Shown: positions 9,329-17,157 of the stretch, piece after piece | Numbering within the stretch: position 1 is the first letter of the stretch | Layout of the letters: each line of letters starts with the position of its first letter | Assembly: GCA_964530135.1 (NCBI GenBank) | Contig: CAZGXN010000003.1 | Span: forward strand, 42,942-106,941 | Direction of reading: 5' to 3' | From: an uncultured Bdellovibrionales bacterium | GTDB taxonomy: Bacteria; Patescibacteriota; Minisyncoccia; Moranbacterales; UBA1568 | Length of the DNA stretch: 64,000 nt | Translations under genes and position numbers: made by a program | The notes under the pieces: generated by a model | What the model saw: only the letters and a program-made list of their open reading frames with translations | What the model was told of the DNA's origin: nothing | Databases searched by the model: none

Positions 9329-9400
9329 CAAAGGAATGCAGCTGGTACATGATTGCCAGCTTTCTTTTTTGTCAGAGTCTCAGTACCATAGGGAAAGCCA

Positions 9401-9474
9401 GGGCAGTTAGCTCAGTTGGTTAGAGCACCTCGTTTACACCGAGGGGGTCAGAGGTTCGAGTCCTCTACTGCCCA
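9401..9474 (+). tRNA. tRNA-Val (anticodon TAC).
   Basis: Acceptor stem GGGCAGT/ACTGCCC. Anticodon arm CCTCG-TTTACAC-CGAGG. T-arm AGAGG-TTCGAGT-CCTCT. Confidence 0.85.
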
Positions 9475-9624
9475 CAGTGAATGTATTCACTATAGAGCAG
9501 GCCAACTGCTTGGCCTGCGTGAGGACGAGAAAGCCAGAGCGATGTCCGAGTTTTCTTTTCAGAGAAAGGCGAAGACCGCGAGGCGGGGTCGAGAGATTTT
9601 CCCGTCAGGGAAAATACTCGTGAC

Positions 9625-9644
9625 CGAGTCCTCTACTGCCCACA
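9625..9644 (+). repeat. 20-bp direct repeat of the tRNA-Val 3' end (CGAGTCCTCTACTGCCCACA), 168 bp downstream of the tRNA copy at 9457-9476. This looks like an att-site-like remnant.
   Basis: The 20-mer is identical at 9457-9476 and 9625-9644. The segment between them has hairpins GTGAAT-GT-ATTCAC, GCAGGCCAA-CTGC-TTGGCCTGC and TTTTCCC-GTCA-GGGAAAA. Confidence 0.6.
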
Positions 9645-9807
9645 CGAAAAAAAGCGTTTCAAAGAGTTGCTTTTTTCGGTAGTTTCGGGATAATGGGAGA
9701 TGTTTCGCTGGAGTCTTTCCGCGCTCAGGCTTCGGATGGACAGCATGTATAGAAACATCAGAAAAAAGAAGAATATTGTTGGGCCCTACGAAGTTTTAAC
9801 GAAGCAG

Positions 9808-9879
9808 GCCGGGGTAGCTCAGTGGTAGAGCGAAGGACTGAAAATCCTTGCGTCGGCAGTTCAATTCTGCCCCCCGGCA
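9808..9879 (+). tRNA. tRNA-Phe (anticodon GAA).
   Basis: Acceptor stem GCCGGGG/CCCCGGC. Anticodon arm AAGGA-CTGAAAA-TCCTT. T-arm GGCAG-TTCAATT-CTGCC. Confidence 0.85.
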
Positions 9880-9981
9880 CACACCAAAACACATCTCAAT
9901 AAAGATGAGATGGAAAAAGTAGAGGTGGTGTGCGTGTGCCCCAGCTGAGTTCCTGTGGTATAAAAATGATGGAGAGAGATC

Positions 9982-10054
9982 GGGTCCGTAGCTCAGCGGT
10001 TAGAGCAGGCGACTCATAATCGCTTGGTCGATGGTTCGATTCCATCCGGACCCA
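9982..10054 (+). tRNA. tRNA-Met (anticodon CAT). Elongator-type, or possibly a tRNA-Ile2 lysidine substrate. It is not initiator-like.
   Basis: Acceptor stem GGGTCCG/CGGACCC. Anticodon arm GGCGA-CTCATAA-TCGCT, with no GGG/CCC anticodon stem. T-arm GATGG-TTCGATT-CCATC. Confidence 0.8.
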
Positions 10055-10076
10055 CAGGCCAGGTAAAATCAGATCC

Positions 10077-10148
10077 GCGGGTATCGTATAGCGGCTATTA
10101 TGTGACCTTGCCAAGGTCAAGATACGGGTTCGACTCCCGTTACCCGCT
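10077..10148 (+). tRNA. tRNA-Gly (anticodon GCC).
   Basis: Acceptor stem GCGGGTA/TACCCGC. Anticodon arm TGACC-TTGCCAA-GGTCA. T-arm ACGGG-TTCGACT-CCCGT. Confidence 0.8.
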
Positions 10149-10517
10149 CAGCTAAAGAAAAAGGATTGGTCTTGCACTGATCTTTTTTTCTTTTGTTTGG
10201 ATTGGGAACGGGAGGCGAACGGGAAAGGGGTCGGGAAAACGGGAGTTTTCCTGTAAGCGGAGAGCAGCGAGTTTACGAAGCGTTGAGAACCGAGGGGTTC
10301 TTAAAGAGCGAAGCGAGTGAGATTCTCCCGTTAACTGCTCCAATAAAAATGAGGCTCATTAGAGTCTTATTTTTTATTACGTCTAAAGTCGTCGAATTAA
10401 TGGTGGACAAGGCCATTGTGAACTGATATGTTTTTTTTTGTACCTTAACAACCCCGAAAGGAACTCTATCGGAGAAAATCCATCTAATTTTGAGTAATAC
10501 TTCTTTGTAAACTCGGA

Positions 10518-11846
10518 TTGGAGATTGAAATGAGAAAGCGTTTGATTTCTTTTGCACTGTTCCTGTCTTTCATTCAATCAGCCTTCGCTTTTGACTGGAA
10601 TTCGTTCACGGCTCCCCCAAGAAATATTCCGTTCACCGTAGGAACTGTGACTTACACATCATTTGTGCAGGTCAGGCATCCTTGGTATGCACTCAACTAT
10701 ATTGTCTATTACCCGGATGGAATAAGCGATGCCCTGAAGCCAGTTGCGGTCGACTATAACCAAGGATATCCCTACCAACACATCTAGTTCCTGCTCAACC
10801 CAACTTCTCAAAGCCAGGCTTATGACAGTGCAGACTACAATCCGAATGTGATTGCTTACTACTGCTCCGGAGTTTCGGCCTGTGAGAATAACAACTGGGG
10901 TGATTCGATAACGCCGACGCAAATCTGGTATCGACAATATACCTGGTTTGACTGGAATTACGCCGGGCCGACTGGTTATAACCTCCAGAATGATCTGGTG
11001 CGAGCAGTTGGCATCGATGTCAAGGTGAACTTTGGCTATGCCTGGGGTGGGCAATTCGGCCTGTCCACGCTTTCAGCGAATGATGTGGTGGTGACAGGCG
11101 CTGCTGCTCCGTCATACCTGAGCTTTCCGCTTGCGGGAGAGACTGCTTACACGGCAGGGGTTTCCTCCGTGATGGATCACTCGATGACGGCTCTATATGC
11201 GGGCGATACCAACAATACGGTCACTGCCTTCAATGGCGAAGCCGGAACTGTTGGTCCGTATGGAAGCAGTACTTGCTACCGAAAGACAGACAGCTCTGTT
11301 TTTCTTGTGGGGACCATAAATTACACGGGTGCTTTTAGTGGCGGAGGTGATACCTATCTCTGCTACAACGGTCACCCGGGTTACGATTACCCCAAGGTGC
11401 AAGGCACGGCAATCCTCGCTCCTGCCGGGGGAACGCTGTGCGTAGCCACTGCAACTCCTACTTCCAAGCCAACACCTTCGGCCGTGTGGAGAAATACCAG
11501 TCAGTGCCCGTTGTCTGTGGCGCCCGGTACCTCCACGGTTAACTGGAGTAGCCACCATGTCTTCTACATCCTCCATGGCTCAATGCTGATGAATGGATCC
11601 ACGGATGAGTACATGACCGTATTCCTCCACAGCAACAACCTGGAATCAACGGTCCTGGCCGGAATCTATGACGATGGCTACAAAGTTGTCACAAGGTTGC
11701 AGGAGATCGCCGCCGTCGGCGATATCGGTGCATCCGGTGCGTACCATATACATCTTGAGGTGTATAAGAAGGTGAGTGGCACCTGGAACCGTGTCGACCC
11801 ATATGGCGATGGTACGAGCAACTTGCTTTGGCCGAAGCCCTACTGA
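10518..11846 (+). pseudogene. Secreted M23-family metallopeptidase (LytM/lysostaphin-like) interrupted by a single in-frame TAG at 10785-10787. It is either a pseudogene or a sequencing error.
   Basis: ORF 10518..10787 has a signal peptide (MRKRLISFALFLSFIQSAFAFDW). ORF 10848..11846 is in the same frame and carries the M23 motifs NGHPGYDYP and HIHLEV. The 20 codons between the two are open. TAG serves as the terminator for pnp, thrS, comM and the yabE-like gene in this window. Confidence 0.6.
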
Positions 11847-11866
11847 AATCTCGTCGGAAACAATTT

Positions 11867-11905
11867 AAAACCCCTTCAAACTTGGAGGGGTCTTTTCTTT
11901 TTTAA
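11867..11905. terminator. Bidirectional rho-independent terminator between the M23 gene (plus) and the 11909..12601 gene (minus).
   Basis: AAAA-CCCCTTCAA-ACT-TTGGAGGGG-TCTTTTCTTTTTT. A 9-bp stem is flanked by an A-run and a T-run. Confidence 0.55.
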
Positions 11906-11908
11906 AAC

Positions 11909-12601
11909 TTATGGAAGAAACTTGAATGTTGAGAGAAACTTTGCTGCCAAGTCTTCGGTTACATCATCATGAATACTCACATGGTATTGTATATTTTCAT
12001 GTTGAAAAATCCCATCTCTTCTCTTGTTCATCCAAACTACTTTTTCACCACTAACAATGGATTCATTTAATTCTTCCCTATCAGGATTGGCAAATCCTAG
12101 ATATGGCTTTTCGGGAGAAAGTGTAATCCAGGTATTTTCAAGCTCTCCTTGTTCTTTAGGGATAGCCTCAATCCAAATACCACTCGACTTCCCACCACTT
12201 ATAGCCTCTATACTTGGAGCAAACATAACTTGATTGATACGCCCTCCAGCTAACAACTCCTTTTTAACATTGTTACAGTCATTCACGACTTGAAATCCTC
12301 GTATATCATCCCCTACAATCATTATCCATTCATCTGGATACTTGACCTGATATCCCCCAGAAATATTTTTACACATTTTTTTCCAATTCGCTGCCGGCTC
12401 AGTGACGACTAGTGGTACTATTTCCGGCTTCTGGATAGGGGATTGTGTCGTGGTCGGTTGTTGTTCTTGCATCACCCTATCTCGTTCAGTCTTTTGTCTC
12501 GCTTTCTCATCAAAATACCGTGCCATTAGAAGCATCCCTCCAAAGAGCATGACGAGACCTAGTCCGATTATCAACACCCCTCTTTGTTTACTGTTTTGCA
12601 T
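11909..12601 (-). CDS. Hypothetical protein with an N-terminal membrane anchor.
   Basis: 230 aa. A transmembrane segment (VLIIGLGLVMLFGGMLLMA) is followed by a Q/P/T-rich linker and a globular domain. No family was recognised. Confidence 0.55.
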   Translation of the reverse strand: MQNSKQRGVLIIGLGLVMLFGGMLLMARYFDEKARQKTERDRVMQEQQPTTTQSPIQKPEIVPLVVTEPAANWKKMCKNISGGYQVKYPDEWIMIVGDDIRGFQVVNDCNNVKKELLAGGRINQVMFAPSIEAISGGKSSGIWIEAIPKEQGELENTWITLSPEKPYLGFANPDREELNESIVSGEKVVWMNKRRDGIFQHENIQYHVSIHDDVTEDLAAKFLSTFKFLP

Positions 12602-12752
12602 AGTTCTCTTTAAAAATCCTGATTCTCCATCGCTTTGATGATACCAGAGATTTCAGCTCCGAGGAACAAAATGATCGTTAAACTTCGGACTGGTTTTAAC
12701 CCTCTATACCAGCTAGCTCAGATTTAGAAAAGAGACTCACAGAGACTTTTTA

Positions 12753-12983
12753 GTGTATTATCGTAAATATATGCAAAGGATCGCCACCAGAATTTTTATT
12801 TACGCTTCCATTACCTTTGGCATTATTGGTATCGCGATGGTACTCTCTGGTCCTTTTGGGCCGAATCAGCCGGACACACCGCTTCAGATTATTTTCATCC
12901 GGCTGCTCATGATTACGGTCTTCATCATTCTCCCATCGTTTGCTCTGAGTGTCGCGGGAAAATATTTGAACGGTAAATTTTAG
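12753..12983 (+). CDS. Small two-TM membrane protein (hypothetical).
   Basis: 76 aa with two hydrophobic helices (IFIYASITFGIIGIAMVL and FIRLLMITVFIILPSFALSVAG). Confidence 0.35.
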   Translation: MYYRKYMQRIATRIFIYASITFGIIGIAMVLSGPFGPNQPDTPLQIIFIRLLMITVFIILPSFALSVAGKYLNGKF

Positions 12984-13143
12984 TTCCAAACCACCAACTT
13001 GTCTCAGGACTTTTTTCTTCTTTGAGTAGCAAAAATAAAAATCTTCCATAATCTCCCTGGGCTCGTACTCAGAAAGATTTAGCGTGCCGATATCTTCGAT
13101 CCTGAGAGTTCTCGGTATATACTAGGAAGAGCAGATATCTTTT

Positions 13144-13839
13144 ATGTTTGATCTCGATCCGCGGGCCGTCATGACGAGAAAGCTCTGGTTGCATTCGTGT
13201 TCTATCGCACTGGCAATCGCTGCTTTCTTTTTTCTTTATGTGTCGTATCTCGATGGGCCATTCACACTCGTCTCATTTGCGAAAGTGATGGCCGGAACGG
13301 CGAATTTTCTCTTTGCCATGTCGCTGTCGCTTTCGTCATTTGGATACTTCTTCAATTTTCTCGATAGCAAAATTGTGTATCGAAAATACTTTGGCCTCCT
13401 CGGCTACGGTGCTGCCCTGGCCTATACCCTCCTCCTCCCCGTGCTCCGACCTGAGCGTTACGGTTCGGGACTGGCCGAATATTTTTGGACGAGTGATGTC
13501 CTCCTCGGACTAGCGGCCATGGCGATCTTCACTGGCATGGCAATCATCTCAAATGATCGGGCGATGCTTGCCATCGGTCCGGTGCGTTGGCGCAATCTAC
13601 TCCGACTCGGCTATGTCGCCTTTTTTCTCCTCGTCATCCGCGCGGTCATGAACGAGAGCAATCCAATCGGTGCTGATCCGCGGCCGGAATATTGGAGTCT
13701 CTACCTCCAATCTTTCGACACGCTTCCACCGACCCGATTCCTCTTTTCGGTCGTGGCGAGTACGGTGATATTTCTTCGTCTGGCGGTCGAATTTGATAGG
13801 TGGCGGAAGCGAATGGTTCCAGCGGCTCCCAACGCATAA
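13144..13839 (+). CDS. Polytopic membrane protein (about 6 TM), hypothetical.
   Basis: 231 aa with hydrophobic helices evenly spaced across its length. No motif was recognised. Confidence 0.55.
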   Translation: MFDLDPRAVMTRKLWLHSCSIALAIAAFFFLYVSYLDGPFTLVSFAKVMAGTANFLFAMSLSLSSFGYFFNFLDSKIVYRKYFGLLGYGAALAYTLLLPVLRPERYGSGLAEYFWTSDVLLGLAAMAIFTGMAIISNDRAMLAIGPVRWRNLLRLGYVAFFLLVIRAVMNESNPIGADPRPEYWSLYLQSFDTLPPTRFLFSVVASTVIFLRLAVEFDRWRKRMVPAAPNA

Positions 13840-13894
13840 AGAAAAAGAAAGGTAACCGAGAAAGTGTCAGCCTAATGTCAGATTAGATTGTCGT

Positions 13895-14533
13895 ATGCCG
13901 GAAAATATTTTTGGGCTGAGCAAAAAAGAAGCGGCATTCTTTCGACGACTCTCGACGCCTGAAAAAATACAAGATTATCTCGACACGCTCCCCTTCAACT
14001 TTGAAAAAAAAGGACTGACCTTTTATTCGCCGCGCGTGATATTGTGCGAAGGCAAGGCGCACTGCATCGAAGCAGCCTGTCTCGCGGCCGCCGCACTTTG
14101 GCTTCACGGTGAGGAGCCGCTCATTCTCGATCTGCGTTCGCTCCGCTACGATTTCGATCACGTGGTTACGCTGTTCAAACGGAATGGCTACTGGGGTGCG
14201 CTGTCCAAGACAAATCATGGAGTACTCCGTTATCGCGATCCGATCTATCGAACGGTGCGTGAACTTGCCCTCACTTATTTCCACGAGTACTATCTGACCA
14301 CGACCGGCCAAAAGACATTGCGTGAATATTCGCGGCCGTTCAATTTGAAACGCTTTGGGACAGACTGGGTAACGAGTGAGAACAGCCTCATCGATATCGC
14401 CGAGGCACTCGATCTGTCACAGCACTACCGGATCATCCCACATGTGAACGAACGGCTTCTCCGGCCCGCGTCCGAGATTGAAAAGAAGGTGGGTGCAATT
14501 CCAGAATGGCGGAAAGCGGATCGGATGACATAA
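13895..14533 (+). CDS. Cytoplasmic protein with a papain-like / peptidase C39-like (BtrH-like) Cys-His core.
   Basis: 212 aa. CEGKAHCIEAACLAAAALWLHG resembles the C39 CG.ACLAM motif. A His about 35 residues downstream (DFDHVV) could be the catalytic histidine. Confidence 0.45.
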   Translation: MPENIFGLSKKEAAFFRRLSTPEKIQDYLDTLPFNFEKKGLTFYSPRVILCEGKAHCIEAACLAAAALWLHGEEPLILDLRSLRYDFDHVVTLFKRNGYWGALSKTNHGVLRYRDPIYRTVRELALTYFHEYYLTTTGQKTLREYSRPFNLKRFGTDWVTSENSLIDIAEALDLSQHYRIIPHVNERLLRPASEIEKKVGAIPEWRKADRMT

Positions 14534-14557
14534 GCCCAATGTTCGAGGGACAAAAAA

Positions 14558-14590
14558 AAGACGGCCTATCTTTTGGAGCCGTCTTTTTCT
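14558..14590 (+). terminator. Rho-independent terminator after the 13895..14533 gene.
   Basis: AAGACGGC-(12-nt loop)-GCCGTCTT followed by TTTTCTTTTT. Confidence 0.5.
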
Positions 14591-14814
14591 TTTTGGTATT
14601 GTACACTATTTTTCGTACTTATCTTTCATACTCGCGCGTATTGTGGGCGGCAGCAGATATAGCTGGATGCAAAGGCGGGTAGTGTTCACTAGAAATAGGG
14701 TCTCTGCCCAGCGTCCGATGATGATCCGTACCTCCGGTATTGTGAGATAATTCCAAACCGTATACCATGAGTACTATAGCCTCATCCACTCTCTAACAGT
14801 GATATACGGAAATT

Positions 14815-15201
14815 ATGAATGAAAATCCTTTTAAGCGACCAAAGATCTGCGTTATTGATGATGATGCCGATCTCTTGGAGATCTATCTTCTCAACCTGAA
14901 TCGAGAGAACTTTGATGCCGTGCTTGCAAAGGACGGGGAAGAGGGTCTGAAAATCATTCGCGAACATATCCCCGATGCGATCATTCTGGATCTTCAAATG
15001 CCAAAGAAAAATGGCTTTGAAGTGCTGGCTGAATTAGCCAAAGATTCTACCCTGAGTCATATTCCTGTAGTCATTCTCTCCAATGCTGATGATGAAGCCT
15101 CTTTCAAAAAAGTGGGAAAGTTTGAGACGCATTTCTATCTTGTGAAGGCTCTCACAACACCAGAGAAAGTGGTAAAGATCCTCCGTGAAGTGATACGCTA
15201 G
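14815..15201 (+). CDS. Stand-alone response-regulator receiver domain protein (CheY-like).
   Basis: 128 aa. KICVIDDDADLLEIY carries the acidic pocket. ILDLQMPKKNGFEVL carries the phospho-acceptor Asp. There is no output domain and no histidine kinase nearby. Confidence 0.8.
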   Translation: MNENPFKRPKICVIDDDADLLEIYLLNLNRENFDAVLAKDGEEGLKIIREHIPDAIILDLQMPKKNGFEVLAELAKDSTLSHIPVVILSNADDEASFKKVGKFETHFYLVKALTTPEKVVKILREVIR

Positions 15202-15235
15202 TACCGGTTGCCAAAATACATTGAGACAAAAGAAA

Positions 15236-15269
15236 AACGAGGGACTTGCTCATGAGCAGGTCCCTCGTT
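15236..15269. terminator. Bidirectional terminator hairpin between the receiver gene (plus) and the HTH gene (minus).
   Basis: AACGAGGGAC-TTGCTCATGAGCAG-GTCCCTCGTT, a 10-bp stem. Confidence 0.5.
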
Positions 15270-15305
15270 GTATTAGCGCGTTACGCCAATGGCGGTGTAG
15301 AGGTT

Positions 15306-15674
15306 TTAGATGGTTGTTGCGTCAGGAAAACACATCGTCTGAAAGTCCTGGGCGGTTATCCGAAGCATCTTGAGTGATGGATCGACATATCCGAGGGTAT
15401 AGCGTTCATCCCAGACCTTTTTTGCTTCGAAGAAACCGGTCCGCGTCAGGTGGTAACAGCATTTACCCTGTCGACGCACAACAGCCACAAATTTGCGTTC
15501 CCGAAGACGCTCGAGGTACAGCACAAGGGTGCCGAAATTATACGAGCGATCGGGAAATGTGTTGCGCATCTTGATCGTGATCGAGCGGAACGATGTAACA
15601 CGCTCCGTATCAGTGTCGTAGTCTCCAGTGCTCCCCATGACGATAAGGAGTCGTTTTTGGGCGTTTAAGGACAT
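15306..15674 (-). CDS. Small winged-helix DNA-binding protein (PadR/MarR-like transcriptional regulator). The family call is tentative.
   Basis: 122 aa. FGTLVLYLERLRERKFVAVVRRQGKCCYHLTRTG resembles a recognition helix plus wing. Confidence 0.45.
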   Translation of the reverse strand: MSLNAQKRLLIVMGSTGDYDTDTERVTSFRSITIKMRNTFPDRSYNFGTLVLYLERLRERKFVAVVRRQGKCCYHLTRTGFFEAKKVWDERYTLGYVDPSLKMLRITAQDFQTMCFPDATTI

Positions 15675-15970
15675 CTATGCGCTCTCCAATTAATTGTTAG
15701 TGGACAAAAAAGCAGCCCGAAATGCCTGTTAGCTGCCAAATGATTCTGTCATATCCCGAGAAATGTGTCAAGAGCCGAGAGATTTTTCACCCGACGCGCT
15801 ATTGTTCGGGTTTTTAGATATTTGACCAAGGTGTCCTAAAGTCCGCTTTAAACCATTGACAGAATACTAGAAATATGATAGAGTGTTCAGTCGTGCTTTT
15901 AAGAGCCGATTTGGGTGCCCTGGTGAAGTGACAGCGATGTACCAGCCCAATGTATCCATAACTTTCCCCT

Positions 15971-16510
15971 ATGCGTTTTATAGTTTTACTGCTTTCGAGT
16001 GTCATTATCTGGTCAATGTTCTCTCAACCGGTCCAGGCTGCTTTGCCTGAAATTGCAGTGGTGCGTTATGACATTGCTGCCGATCCGCTCCTGTTGATTT
16101 GGACTTTTGGTATCGGTAAACACAACCCCGCTATTACAGCGACGGGCGAATTGAGCGGTGATGAGAAGAAACTTGCTCGTTGGAGAGAAAAGCAGTCCCG
16201 TTTGTGGGCTGAGCTTGAGGTGGGTAAGCGTTTTACGATCAATGCGTCGGCGTATACTGCAGCGGCTGATGAATGTGGAAAAAATGACGGTATTACAGCC
16301 TCAGGCTTGAAAGTTGAAGAACAGCGGACACTGGCGTGCCCGCCCAATTACCCATTTGGCGCCAAGATCGCTATCGAAGGGATGGGTGAATTTCGTTGTG
16401 AAGATCGCGGTGGAGCAATCAAGGGGAACAAGTTTGATATCTATATGGAAACCAAGAGTGAAGCCTTTGCTTTTGGCCGGCAGTTCCTGGAGGCGGAAAT
16501 TATTGATTAA
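15971..16510 (+). CDS. Secreted 3D-domain protein (MltA/YuiC-like cell-wall-binding or lytic domain).
   Basis: The signal peptide is MRFIVLLLSSVIIWSMFSQPVQAALP. The C-terminus (INASAYTAAADECGKNDGITASG...NKFDIYMETKSEA) matches the 3D domain. Confidence 0.7.
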   Translation: MRFIVLLLSSVIIWSMFSQPVQAALPEIAVVRYDIAADPLLLIWTFGIGKHNPAITATGELSGDEKKLARWREKQSRLWAELEVGKRFTINASAYTAAADECGKNDGITASGLKVEEQRTLACPPNYPFGAKIAIEGMGEFRCEDRGGAIKGNKFDIYMETKSEAFAFGRQFLEAEIID

Positions 16511-16623
16511 GCCAGTGTCATTTCATGGGGAGCGGCTTCTCCCCGCCCCCATAAAGCCAGTGAATGTTGATTCAGAGGCTTTACAAGGGATTGGTCCTTT
16601 TCAACTCTCTCAGGGAGATACGC

Positions 16624-16815
16624 ATGCTTTTCAAGAAAACGCAGCATAGTTTGGCGGCGATCGCACTGTGCCTCTTCCTCTTTGCCTTTGTACAGCTTGA
16701 GGGTGAAACTGACATTTTCTTTGGCAACATACTGCTGGGCCTATCGGCCTTGACCGCCATCGCGTCATTCATCGTCGCGGGTGTACATTGGTACAAATAT
16801 CGGAAAAAACGTTAA
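16624..16815 (+). CDS. Small membrane protein (hypothetical). The likely start is the internal ATG at 16624 of track ORF 16564.
   Basis: MLFKKTQHSLAAIALCLFLFAFVQL...ILLGLSALTAIASFIVAGVHWYKYRKKR, two TM helices. Confidence 0.4.
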   Translation: MLFKKTQHSLAAIALCLFLFAFVQLEGETDIFFGNILLGLSALTAIASFIVAGVHWYKYRKKR

Positions 16816-16923
16816 ATTGATATGAGCCAAATATTTTGACTCATCGGACACGCTCTCATGGAGCGTGTATTTTTTTCATTGACGCAGAGGAATGGCTTTG
16901 CTAGGCTTCAGTTGTTTTCTACC

Positions 16924-16994
16924 GGTCCGATGGCCGAGCGGTTAGGCAAGGGTCTGCAAAACCCTGAACAGCGGTTCAACTCCGCTTCGGACCT
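16924..16994 (+). tRNA. tRNA-Cys (anticodon GCA).
   Basis: Acceptor stem GGTCCGA/TCGGACC. Anticodon arm AGGGT-CTGCAAA-ACCCT. T-arm AGCGG-TTCAACT-CCGCT. Confidence 0.75.
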
Positions 16995-17008
16995 CAGACA
17001 TATCCCAC

Positions 17009-17091
17009 GCTGGGGTGGCGGAATGGTATACGCACGACACTTAAAATGTTGCGCCCGTAAGGGCTTGTGGGTTCGAGTCCCACCCCCGGCA
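17009..17091 (+). tRNA. tRNA-Leu (anticodon TAA), type II.
   Basis: Acceptor stem GCTGGGG/CCCCGGC with a U3:G70 wobble. Anticodon arm CGACA-CTTAAAA-TGTTG. Long variable arm CGCCCGTAAGGGCTTGT. T-loop TTCGAGT. Confidence 0.8.
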
Positions 17092-17157
17092 CAGACCGAG
17101 ACCCTGTTGTATCAACCAGGATATTCGCTCAGAGTCTTGAAATAAAACAAGGATTTT

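Noticed and set aside
9626-9646. A second tRNA-Val or a tmRNA 3' domain at the repeated tRNA 3' end.
   Set aside because: No T-stem partner or acceptor 5' strand exists upstream. Only the 20-bp 3' segment is duplicated.
10785-10787. TAG inside the M23 peptidase read as a recoded sense codon (alternative genetic code).
   Set aside because: TAG is the terminator of several clearly complete genes in the window, and TGA also terminates genes (rluD, pcrA), so this looks like the standard code.
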